A stretch of 64,000 nt of DNA from a candidate division WWE3 bacterium (GTDB lineage Bacteria; Patescibacteriota; WWE3; UBA101185; UBA10185), in NCBI GenBank assembly GCA_003599255.1, contig QZJF01000005.1, forward strand, positions 32,985-96,984. Direction: 5' to 3'. Shown piece after piece: positions 30,308-42,300 of the stretch (the first letter of the stretch is position 1; every line of letters begins with the position of its first letter). Made by a program: the position numbers and the translations under genes. The notes under the pieces are model-generated. The model did no database searches. It was given only the letters and a program-made list of their open reading frames with translations, and was not told the origin of the DNA.

Positions 30308-33300
30308 AACTTATATCCTGGAAGTGGGGGACATCCAGGCCAACCTTAAATGAAGTTCCATCTATCTTTTCTTTTACGATTAAAGCCTGGCCGTTTGTAC
30401 TGGATGTAGCGGTTACAAATATCTTTGATCCGGCCTTAACATTGGTATTAGCTATCAGGACTTCTGTTTGTCCTGCAGTTATTGTTCCGCTTCCTACCAA
30501 GGTCGAGGTACCTTTTACCGAGAACTCGTCTGCTACCACTTTCTCAGCATTTATAGTTCCATCAACAGTTAGTGTTCCGTTTGGTTCGAGAACAATCTTG
30601 CCATCAAATATATCCAGATTGCCTGAGAGTTCTTTTTGCAGATACAGAGTCTGTGCTTCACACAGAACCTGATTGGTTGTTCCAAGTGTTTCGTTGTAGC
30701 AGCTGGGTCCGACTATTCCAATGGAGTTGCTTAATGAATCTATTTCCACCAGTCCCGCCATCAGATCTCCGGTTACCACTAAGTTGGAAAGCGTGGTATC
30801 TCCGGTGACGTTAAGATCCGTAGTTACTGCCAGCTGACCGTCGTTGTTTTGTAATCCAAGTTCGCTGACCATGTCCTTGAAATCGTTGTAAAGGGTCTCG
30901 ATTTGGTTCAATATGCCCATTGGATCAGTGAGTAAAGTAAGCAGGTTAAATGATTCTGTTGATTCGGTAGATTCAGTTGACTCTGTCGATTCGGTGCTTT
31001 GAGTGCTAGAACCCATGCCTAGCAATTCCTTTATTAGCGCTACGTCGTTTTTTACGTTATCAACCTCTTCTTCCAGTGTGATAAAGTCATTTCCTAGGTT
31101 GTCATAGTTTTGGGTCAATTGAGCAAATTCTGATTCCAATGTGGTGATTCTTGTATCAAAACCGACCGTTGTGTCGGTTACTTGTTGATATGTATCCTGT
31201 ACGTCTGTTTGAAGTTGGGTGGTTATACCCATAACATCGCCAAAGCTGTCGATTTGAATCTGCTGTTCTTGTAGCGCTCCCAGAAGTACGACTCCTAGCC
31301 TGTCGTATTTCACACCCTTTGGTGTAATACCGTCTGCCTCATAGCTCACTAAGAATGGCATTACCTGTTCAACCTGTTCGGCGATCAAACCGAAGTCTTC
31401 CACATCAGGTGTAACTGTTGTGCTATTCCATTTAAAGGTTACGGGGTTGAGTTGTAGCACTGAATCAAGATTTATGTCCAGATCGCTTATATCTTTTTTG
31501 AATCTTTCGCTTGATGAAAGCTGAATCAGCTGATTGTTTGAATCAAAGTAGAGTGCCGTACCTGTTCCTGTAGGAATGTTGGAAACTCGGGCTGTTCCGT
31601 TTACATCCAATGTGTAACCGGGTTCAGAAGTTCCGATTCCTACATTTCCGCTCACAATCAGACCGTTGGTGGGTGCTGTGCTGACTCCTGCGTATGTGCC
31701 GAATGCGGCGTTTCCAAATACATCCAGTGTGTTTTGAGGTGTAGTGGTTCCGATTCCTATTCTGTCATTGGTTGTATCAAGATTTAACAGGTTGTTTCCA
31801 AAGTTCAAAGCCGTGGTGGAGGTGGCAAGTGACCACGCCTGTGCCTGATTTAGTGTCACTCCGCCTGCAGCATCAAGTACTACATCACCACTGTTGAATG
31901 TCCTTAGGGTAAGATTATTGCTTTCATGAGATTCTCCTACTTCAAGGTAGAGCGGTGCATAAGTTTTGATATAGCTGGAGGATTGACCGGTGAATTGAAT
32001 GTCATTTGCTATTGAAACATCTCCTGCTGCAGCGAAAGAGTGGGGGAGATAAGAAGTAATAACAGTCTGATTAATTGTAAACAGCTCACTATTGTCGTCG
32101 TATACGCCAAAGAGATTACCTCCATCAAGAGTGCCGTTTGATCCTATATTAATTTTGAACAGATCTCCGGTAGCGGTTGAAGAAGAGATAGGCGACCAGT
32201 CTATACTTGTTAGTGCCCCTGCCAGTGTGGTTGAAGTCGAAGATACCGATAGTCCTGTTCCCGTGGTCAGCCCGTCGAATGAGAATAGTGCGCCTGTACC
32301 TGTAGTTACGTTGTCTGCGAACACGCCTAGTGCACCTTGTGTAGTAGCGCTTCTAACATCAAGCTGGTAGCCAACTGCGGTGGTACCGATTCCCACATTT
32401 CCACTGACAAGCAACCCGTTTGCAGGAGCGGTGTCGGTTCCTGCATATGAACCGATTACAGCATTTCCTGATATATCGAGTTTGTTTTGTGGAGTAACTG
32501 TTCCTATCCCAACTCTTGCATTAGTGGTATCAAAGTTCATTAGTCCGGATTCAATATTAAGTGCCGTTGTTGAAGCTGCCAGATTAAGGCTCGCAGTATT
32601 TGAAGATATCCAGGTTCCTGCGTTTAGAGTAAGTGTGTCTGATGAGTCATCACCAAGTGTTGTGTCTCCGTTGACGTTGAGACCGTAATTAAAGGTAGAG
32701 TCATTTGTTCCTGATCCAATATTAAATATACTTCCGAACTGATCTCTAAAGTCGTAGGAAAGCCCATTAGTACCGTCTGCAAAGAATCTCATGGTACCGC
32801 TTCCAACACCAAGTGAATAAGTATCTATGGAAGTGTAGCTAGAATATCCGGATTCCTGAATTCGAAACCCGCCATTTATGTGAAGGGTATCCTGCGGACT
32901 TGAGTTTCCGATTCCCATTCTGGAGTTGATATTGTCCCAATAGAAATCCTGCGATGATGCCAGGGATGAACTTCCATCCCAGAATGATACTCTTCCTGCT
33001 ACACCTGTACCGGTAATTGTTCCACTGCCTGCTTCCGGAGAGCATTTCCAGACTTGCTGCGAAGAATCCCAGGTAAGAAGTTCTCCGTTACCGCAGCCAC
33101 CGAGTAATCTGAGTCCGTCTGCGGCAACCTCAAGTCCCGAATTTGATGCTGTGGTTGAAGTAGTAGACGTAGTAGCTACATCCAGTGACAAAGCCGTACC
33201 AGAAAGTATGAGTCCGTTTCCTACAAAATCTCCTATGGTTTCTCCTCCGAGTCTGATAGTTCCATTTACATCAAGTGTGGCTGCAGGGTTTGTTGTTCCG

Positions 33301-36300
33301 ATTCCAATGTTACCTGAAGTATTAATTACAAAGAATGGATTGGTTCCGGATGAAAGACCGTCTCCTATTGCAAATATGTCGTCATCTGTGCTGTCTGAGT
33401 CTTCCAGCACGCCCATCCAGAAATCGGTATCAGTACCGCTTTCTACATCGAACAACAATGTAGGATCATTGTCGTAAAGTACAAAATTGCCTCCCAAATC
33501 TGCTACGATATCTCCGGATCCGTAAGTTCTTAAGGTCAGATCATTATTTTCAAAACTCTCACCCGCAATTATTGTGAATGGTCCGTAACTTTCAATCTGG
33601 GAAGAAGTCTGATTTGTAAATATGGCATCGTAGGAGAACGATACGTCACCTGCTGAAGAGAAAGTATGTGGCAAGTAGGAGGTTATTTGCGACTGTGTAA
33701 TCGTGAACAATGGAGAATTGTCATCATAAACTGCAAACAGGTTTCCGGTAAGTGAGCCGTTTGATCCTATGTTTATACTGAACAGATCTCCGGATGCTGT
33801 GGCCGATGATAACGGTGACCAGTCAACTGCCGCCAGAGTTCCGGTTGAGAATGCAGTTGAAGTAGAGCTTATTGATAGACCGGTTCCTGTTGTCAGCCCG
33901 TCAAAAGAGAATAGAGCTCCGGTTCCTGTGGTTACAGAATCTGCAAATACTCCCAGGCCCCCTGTAGTTGACCCGCTGAACACTTCGAGCATATATGACG
34001 GATTGGTTGTTCCCACACCTACATTGGTTCCGTCGTCATAAAGAATGCCTGTGGAAAGGGTATTGTTATCGGTCCACCTCGCTACGTAATTAGCAATTCC
34101 GGTTCCGTCCGTGATATTGAGAAGGGGAGCAGTGGAGGCGGAAGTAAGTCTTCCTTCGGCATCTACGGTTACTATCGGAATTCCCGTAGTAGATCCGTAT
34201 GTTCCGGCTGCTACTCCGGTATCAGAAAGATCAATGGTTCCGGTAGAGTCGATTGTTGCATCTCCGCCCATGGCCTTAACATTCCATCCGGTTCCGGTTC
34301 CGATCAGAAGTGAACCCGATGGAGCGGTTGAAGTATCAAGTCCCGTACCTCCGTTAGTAGTTCCCAAAACATTGCTTACATTTAATGAACTGGAAAGATC
34401 GATTGCGCTTTGGGTTAGGACCTGCGATCCATCCAACGAAAGGTATGTAGCGGTGCCGGCCAGCTGAAGGGCAGGATGTGTGTCCGATGCTAAAGAGTAG
34501 TTTAAGAAATTAGCGTCCAAGTCATTAAGCACCGCCTGCACATTTGTGCTGTTTGAAAAATCGAATTCATCATTAACTCCTACTAAATATGCGCCGGAAG
34601 TTGTTGGAGCGGAAGTGCTACTCAGTCCGATCGAACCTATCAATAGATCGGAGCCCGAGGCTATTCTAATATCACCGTTTACGTCCAGAGTGAACGCAGG
34701 TGCGGTTGTTCCAAGTCCTAATCTGCCGGTACTGGTATCCCAGAAGAAACTGTCGCTGCCCGTTATTGAGGAAGTTCCATCCCAGAAAGCAACTTGTCCT
34801 ATTGAGCCCGATCCTGTAAGCCCGGCTGCAACAGATGAACATTTCCAAACTTCCTGTGAAGTATCCCAGGTTAGTGCTTCCCCGTTTGAACAGCCACCCA
34901 GTAATCTGAGTCCATCCGCGGTTACTTCGAGCCCTGAGTTTGAAGCTGTTGTAGAGGTTGTAGAAGTTGTTGTCACATCCAGTGACAGGGCAGTACCGGA
35001 CACTATTAAACCGTCACCGACAAAGTCTCCTATAGATTCTCCGCCGATATCAATTTGCCCTAATGAAGCAGTGTTTCCGTAAATAGTCCCGTCAATTTCC
35101 AGGTTTCCAAACACGTATAAATCTTCAGCTGCTGAAGCATTGTCAAACGTGTATCCCGAATCGGGGGCAACATAGAGATCCCCGCCAACGGCATGAAGTA
35201 TCGCATCCGGTGCCGTTGTACCGAGTCCCAATCTGCTTGTTCCGCTATCCCAGAATAAACTATCGTTGCCTGTTAGCGATGTAGAGCCGTCCCAAAAAGC
35301 GACTTGTCCCGCAGTTCCTGAGCCGGAAAGTCCTGCGGCAACCGCTGTACAATCCCAAACCTCTCTTGATGAATCCCAAATAAGGGCTTCTCCGTCAGCG
35401 CATCCACCTAATAATCTTAGTCCATCCGCTGTTACCTCAAGACCGGAGTTTGCCGCAGTAGTGGAGGTGGTGGAAGTTGTTGTCACATCCAATGACAGGG
35501 CAGTACCGGACACTATTAAACCGCTTCCTACAAAATCACCTATGGTTTCACCCCCGAGTCTGATCGCCCCGTTAATTTCAAGTTTTGCTGCAGGATTGGT
35601 TGTTCCTATACCTATATCACCGGAGGTTGTAATAGCAAAGAATGGATTGGTGCCCGATGAGGTTCCGTCGCCGATTACCAGCAAGTCGTTGTCGGTGTTA
35701 TCCGAATTTTCAAGTATTCCCATCCAGAAGTCGGTATCTGTTGCGGTTTCTGTGTCAAAGACTAAGGTTGGATCGTTGTCGTAAAGTACAAAATTACCTC
35801 CAAGGTCGGCAATAATGTTTCCGGTGCCGTAAGTTCTTAGAGTTAAATTATTGCTTTCAAAGCTTTCACCGGCAATTATGGAGAACGGGCCGTAGCTTTC
35901 TATCTGAGCAGAAGTCTGATTTGTAAATATTGCGTCATAGGAGAACGAAACATCCCCTGCCGCAGTAAACACGTGGGGAACCGCAGATTCAATCTGATTT
36001 TGTTGAACGGTAAATACTGCAGCACCGTCGTCGTAAACCGCAAATAAGTTTCCGGTTAATGAGCCGTTGGACCCAATGTTTATGCTAAACAGATCTCCGG
36101 ATGCTGTAGCGGAGGACAATGGCGACCAGTCAACTGCAGCAAGAGTGCCGGTTGAAAAACTGGAAGAGGTAGAACTGATGGATAGTCCTGTACCGGTTGT
36201 CAGGCCATCAAATGAGAAGAGTGCTCCAGTGCCTGTTGTTACTGAATCGGCAAACACACCAAGCCCCCCTGTTGTTGATCCGCTGTAAACATCGAGAATG

Positions 36301-39300
36301 TAGGCTGGGTTGGTGGTGCCGACACCAACGTTTGTGCCATTGTCATAAAGAATTCCTGTGGAGAGTGTATTTTCATCAGTCCACCTCGCAACATAATTTG
36401 TTATACCTGTTCCGTCGGTAACATTGAGAAGGGGAGCAGTGGACGCGGAGGTAAGTCTACCTTCAGCATCTACGGTTATTATTGGAATGCCGGTTGCAGA
36501 TCCATAGGTTCCTGCTCCAACGCCTGTATCTGAAAGGTCCAATGTACCGGTACTGTCTATTGTGGCATCACCGCCCATAGCTTTTACATTCCATCCGGTT
36601 CCTGTGCCAAGTAAAATGGAGCCTGATGGTGCGGTAGATGTATCAAGACCTGTGCCGCCGTAGGCGACTCCGAGTTGATTTGAAACATTTGAAGTATTTG
36701 ATAAATCTATAGCGCTTTGAGTCAATATCTGTGAAGCCGCGCTCAATGAAAGGTAGTTGGCGGTTCCTGCAAGCTGAAGCGCCGGATGTGTATCTCCTGC
36801 AAGTGAGTAATTTAAGAAATTCGCATCAAGATCATTGAGAACAGCTTGTACATTAGTACTATTTGAGAAGTCAAACTCATCGTTGACCCCGATAATATAT
36901 GCACCGGAAGTAGTTGGGGCAGAAGTGCTGCTTAACCCAATTGATCCAACAAAGAAATCCGAACCGGATGCAACCCTTACATCACCGTTCACATCAAGTG
37001 TGAATGCCGGTGCGGTTGTTCCAAGGCCGAGTCTGCTGGTATTGCTGTCCCAGAAGAAGCTATCGCTACCAGTTATTGAGGAGGTTCCATCCCAGAAAGC
37101 AACTTGACCTATTGTACCTGCGCCAGTGAGCCCTGCTGCAACCGAGGAGCATTTCCACACTTGCAGGGTAGTGTCCCAGGTAAGTGCTTCACCGTTCGAA
37201 CAGCCGCCCAGAAGTCTAAGACCATCTGCTGTTACTTCTAATCCGGAATTTGATGCAGTAACTGATGTTGTTCCGGTTGTTGTTGCGTCGATCGTTATGT
37301 CATTGGCGTTTACCGTTATTCCGTCTCCGGCCCCTATGTCCAGGGTAAGTACTCCTGTTGTCCCGCCACCGGTCAATCCGGATCCTGCGGTAACGCCGGT
37401 AGTTGCGTAGGTACTAACGTTTGACGAGTCTACTATGACATCAGATCCCCAGTACAAGTCACCGGTAGGTGAGCCTGCTGCTGCGGAAGTGTTCAATATA
37501 TTATTTGTACCCGCAGTACCAAGTCTTATTCCACCGCTTACATCCAGTCTCTCAACAGGGTTTGTGGTACCTATTCCTACATACCCGCTGCCATCGATAA
37601 GAAGTCTTTTAAGAGTAGATTGGCCATCAGAAATCCAGAATTCACCCTGTGTTGTGGCGGTACCGGACCCATCGACCCCTAAATTCCAGGTTCTGATATT
37701 GCTTCTAAGCGCTATGTCGATACCGGTTGTTTGGTTAAACCCATCAGCCAGTATGGCAGTTCCAACTCCAACCACATGAAGTTCTTGATTGGGGTTTGTT
37801 GTACCGATTCCGAAGTAAGTGCCAGTGTCATATGCAATTCCTGTAGATAAAGTATTGCTATCAATCCATCTGGCAACGTAATTGGCAATACCACTGCCAT
37901 CTGTGATATTAAGCAAAGGTGAGGTTGATGCGGCAGTAAGCCTGCCTTCGGAATCTACAGTGATTACTGGTATTCCGGTTGCAGATCCATATGTACCTGC
38001 TCCCACTCCTGTATCGGAAAGATCCAGAGTTCCTGTTGAGTCTATCGTTGCGTCTCCGCCCATAGCCTTAACATTCCATCCTGTTCCTGTACCTATGAGT
38101 AATGTTCCTGAAGGAGCGGTTGAAGTATCAAGTCCGGTACCACCGTAAGCTACTCCCAATTGATTTGAAACGTTAGACGTGTTTGAAAGGTCAATGGCGC
38201 TTTGAGTCAGCACCTGCGACCCATTAAGTGAAAGGTAATTGGCAGTACCTGCGAGCTGAAGAGCAGGGTGTGTGTCAGCAGCCAAAGAGTAGTTTAAGAA
38301 GTTGGCATCAAAGTCATTTAGAACGGCCTGAACATTTGTGCTATTCGAGAAATCGAATTCATCATTTACCCCTATTAAATACGCACCAGATGTTGTTGGG
38401 GCGGAAGTGCTGCTAAGTCCAATTGAGCCAACAAAGAAATCTGATCCGGATGCAACCCTTACATCACCATTAACATCGAGTTTGAATGCAGGGGCTGTTG
38501 TTCCGAGTCCTAATAGTGTTCCTGTATCGTAGAGAAGCCCTGTGGATAATGTATTGTCATCGGTCCATCTGGCAACGTAATTTGCAATGCCGCTTCCGTC
38601 AGTAATATTAAGAAGGGGAGCGGTGGACGCGGAGGTAAGCCTGCCTTCGGCATCTACAGTGAAAACAGGTATTCCTGTGGATGATCCATATGTTCCTGCA
38701 CCTACTCCGGTATCGGAAAGGTCCAGTGTTCCTGTTGAGTCTATTGTTGCGTCTCCGCCCATGGCTTTTACATTCCATCCGGTTCCGGTCCCGATCAAGA
38801 GAGTTCCTGAAGGAGCGGTTGAAGTATCAAGTCCTGTACCTCCGTAAGCTACTCCAAGCTGGTTAGTGACATTTGAGGTGTTCGAAAGATCTATCGCACT
38901 TTGTGTCAATATTTGTGAAGCGGCGTCCAATGAAAGGTAGTTGGCGGTGCCGGCTAGTTGAAGGGCAGGATGTGTATCTCCTGCGAGAGAGTAGTTTAAG
39001 AAATTGGCGTCCAGGTCATTCAATACTGCCTGCACATTTGTACTGTTCGAGAAATCAAACTCATCATTAACTCCTACTAAATATGCACCTGAGGTGGTTG
39101 GAGCAGAAGTGCTGCTTAATCCAATTGAACCTACAAAGAAGTCTGAGCCTGAAGCAACTCTAACATCGCCATTCACATCAAGAGCAAATGCCGGTGCTGT
39201 GGTACCAATTCCAAGTCTGTTTAGAGATGAATCCCAGAAAAAGCTATCACTTCCGGTCAAAGAAGAAGTTCCATTCCAGAATGTTACCTGGCCGATAGCT

Positions 39301-42300
39301 CCCGATCCGCTAACTGCACCAACACCTGAAACGGAGTTGCACTCCCACCTGTCAGCTCCTGCGTTCCAGACCAATAGCTCATTGTCTGAACATCCGCCAA
39401 GAAGTCTAAGTCCGTCCGCTGTTACTTCAAGACCCGAATTTGAGGCTGTTGTTGAGGTTGTTCCTGTGGTAGTTGCATCTATAGTTATGTCATCTGTATT
39501 AACAGTTATCCCATCCCCGGCGCCGACATTAAGGGTTAATGACCCCGGACCTGTTCCGACATTTGTCAGTCCGTCACCCCCAAACACCGAGGTTACTGCA
39601 TAAGAAGATACATTGTTACTGTCAACCAAAGTGCCTGATCTACCTTGTAGCAGATTTAGTTCTGAAGTAGTAATAAGTGCGCCGTTAAGAATATTTATTT
39701 CGGATGCGTCTGCCGTAACTTGAGTTCCGTTTAGATAGAGCGAGGTCATGTTGACGGCTCCGTTAACGTCCAAAGTATAAGAAGAGCCCGGATTGGTAGT
39801 GCCAATTCCGACTCTGGTTCCGTTGTCATAAATAACACCTGTGGAAAGTGTGTTTTCATCGATCCATCTGGCCACATAATTTGTAATACCGGTTCCGTCA
39901 GTGAAGTTAAGTATCGGAGCTGTTGAGGCAGCTGTTAATCTCCCTTCGGCGTCGACTGTGAATACCGGAATGCCTGTTGATGATCCGTATGTACCTGCGC
40001 CTACTCCGGTATCGGAAAGGTCCAGTGTTCCCGTTGAGTCTATAGTTGCGTCGCCGCCCATGGCTTTGACGTTCCATCCTGTGCCTGTGCCAATTAATAA
40101 TGTTCCGGATGGTGCAGTCGAGGTATCAAGACCGGTACCGCCGTATGCAACTCCAAGCTGATTTGAAACGTTAGAGGTATTGGACAAATCTATGGCACTC
40201 TGGGTCAAAACCTGTGATGCTGCATTCAAAGAAAGATAGTTGGCTGTACCTGCTAACTGAAGTGCAGGATGTGTGTCCGATGCTAAAGAGTAGTTTAAGA
40301 AATTGGCGTCCAGGTCATTTAGTACTGCCTGAACATTTGTGCTGTTCGAGAAATCAAACTCATCATTAACTCCCACTAAATATGCACCGGATGTGGTTGG
40401 AGCGGAAGTGCTGCTGAGACCTATGGAACCTACCAGGAAGTCCGAACCTGATGCAACCCTTACATCACCGTTTACATCAAGTGCAAAAGCCGGCGCTGTA
40501 GTACCTATACCCAGTCTGCTAAGCGTTGAATCCCAGAAGAAATTATCGCTTCCGGTTAATGACGATGTACCGTTCCAGAAAGTAACTTGTCCTGCAGATC
40601 CCGATCCGCTTACCGCACCCACGCCTGAAACGGAGTTGCATTCCCATCTGTCAGCACCAGCATTCCAGACTAACAACTCGTTGTTTGAACATCCCCCCAG
40701 TAGTCTGAGACCACTTGCAGTAACTTCCAACCCTGAGTTTGATGCAGTTGTTGAGGTTGTTCCGGTCGTAGTTGCATCTATTGTTATGTCATCTGCGTTT
40801 ACTGTGATGCCGTCTCCCGCACCTACGTTCAAAGTTAATGATCCCGGTCCTGTACCAACATTTGTTAAGCCATTTCCGCCCAAAACTGATGTGACAGCAT
40901 AAGAAGAAACATTGTTGCTATCCAGCAATGTGCCTGATCTTCCCTGTAAAAGATTAAGTTCGGTTACGGTAATCAGTGCGCCGTCCAGTATGTTCAATTC
41001 GGCCGCAGTTGAGGTAACCTGTGACCCGTTGAGATACAAAGCAGTAGTGTTTACGGCACCGTTCACATCCAAAGCGTATGTTGCCCCGGGGTTTGTAGTG
41101 CCGATTCCAACTCTGGTTCCGGTGTCATATATAACTCCGGTTGCGAGAGTATTGTTGTCGGTCCATCTGGCAACATAATTTGCAAGTCCCGTTCCGTCTA
41201 CAATATTCAGGAGTGGGGAAGTGGTCACGGATGTTAATCGTCCTTTTGAATCAACCGTGATTACGGGAACACTTGTTGAGGATCCGTAGGTTGCAGCTGT
41301 AACACCTGTATTGGCTAATGTCAGAGTACCTGTTGAATCTATTGTTGCATCTCCTCCCATGGCTTTAACGTTCCATCCGGTTCCGGTACCAAGCAGAAGT
41401 GTTCCGGAAGGAGCTGTAGAAGTATCAAGTCCGGTACCGCCGTAAGCAACACCAAGCTGATTAGAAACATTTGAAGTATTAGAAAGATCAATGGCATTTT
41501 GAGTTAAAACCTGAGAAGGGCCGTTCAAAGAAAGATAATTTGCCGTTCCTGCAAGTTGTAATGCAGGATGTGAATCTCCGGCCAAAGTACCGAACTGAGC
41601 GTCCAGATCATTAAGCACTGCCTGTACATTTGTTGAATCTGAGTAAGTAAATTCATCATTTACACCGATGAGATAGGCACCGGAAGTGGTTGGTGCAGAA
41701 GTGCTGCTTAGTCCAATTGAGCCTATCAATAAATCGGAGCCTGCGGCAATTCTAATATCGCCGTTTACGTCCAGAGCGAAGGCAGGAGCGGTTGTGCCTA
41801 ATCCAAGTCTGTTTGTGTTGTTGTCCCAGAAGAAGCTGTCGCTGCCGGTTATTGATGAGGTTCCATTCCAGAACGTCACTTGTCCGGTTGCTCCTGATCC
41901 GTTGACAGCGCCAATTCCTGAAACTGAGTTGCATTCCCATCTGTCTGCTCCGGCGTTCCATACTAAGAGCTCACTGTTAGAGCATCCGCCGAGTAATCTA
42001 AGTCCGTCTGCAGTCACTTCCAATCCTGAATTTGATGCAGTAGTTGAGGTTGTTCCGGTTGTGGTCGCATCGATTGTAATGTCATCAGCATTAACGGTGA
42101 TGCCGTTGCCCGCACCGACATTTAGTGTCAGAGATCCCGGACCTGTTCCTGCATTTGTTAATCCACTGCCGCCAAGGACAGAGGTTACAGCATAGGAAGA
42201 CACATTGTTGCTATCGAGTAAAGTACCGGAGCGGCCTTGCAATAGATTGAGTTCGGAAGTCGTAATTAAAGCACCGTCCAAAATGTTGAGTTCTGCCGCC

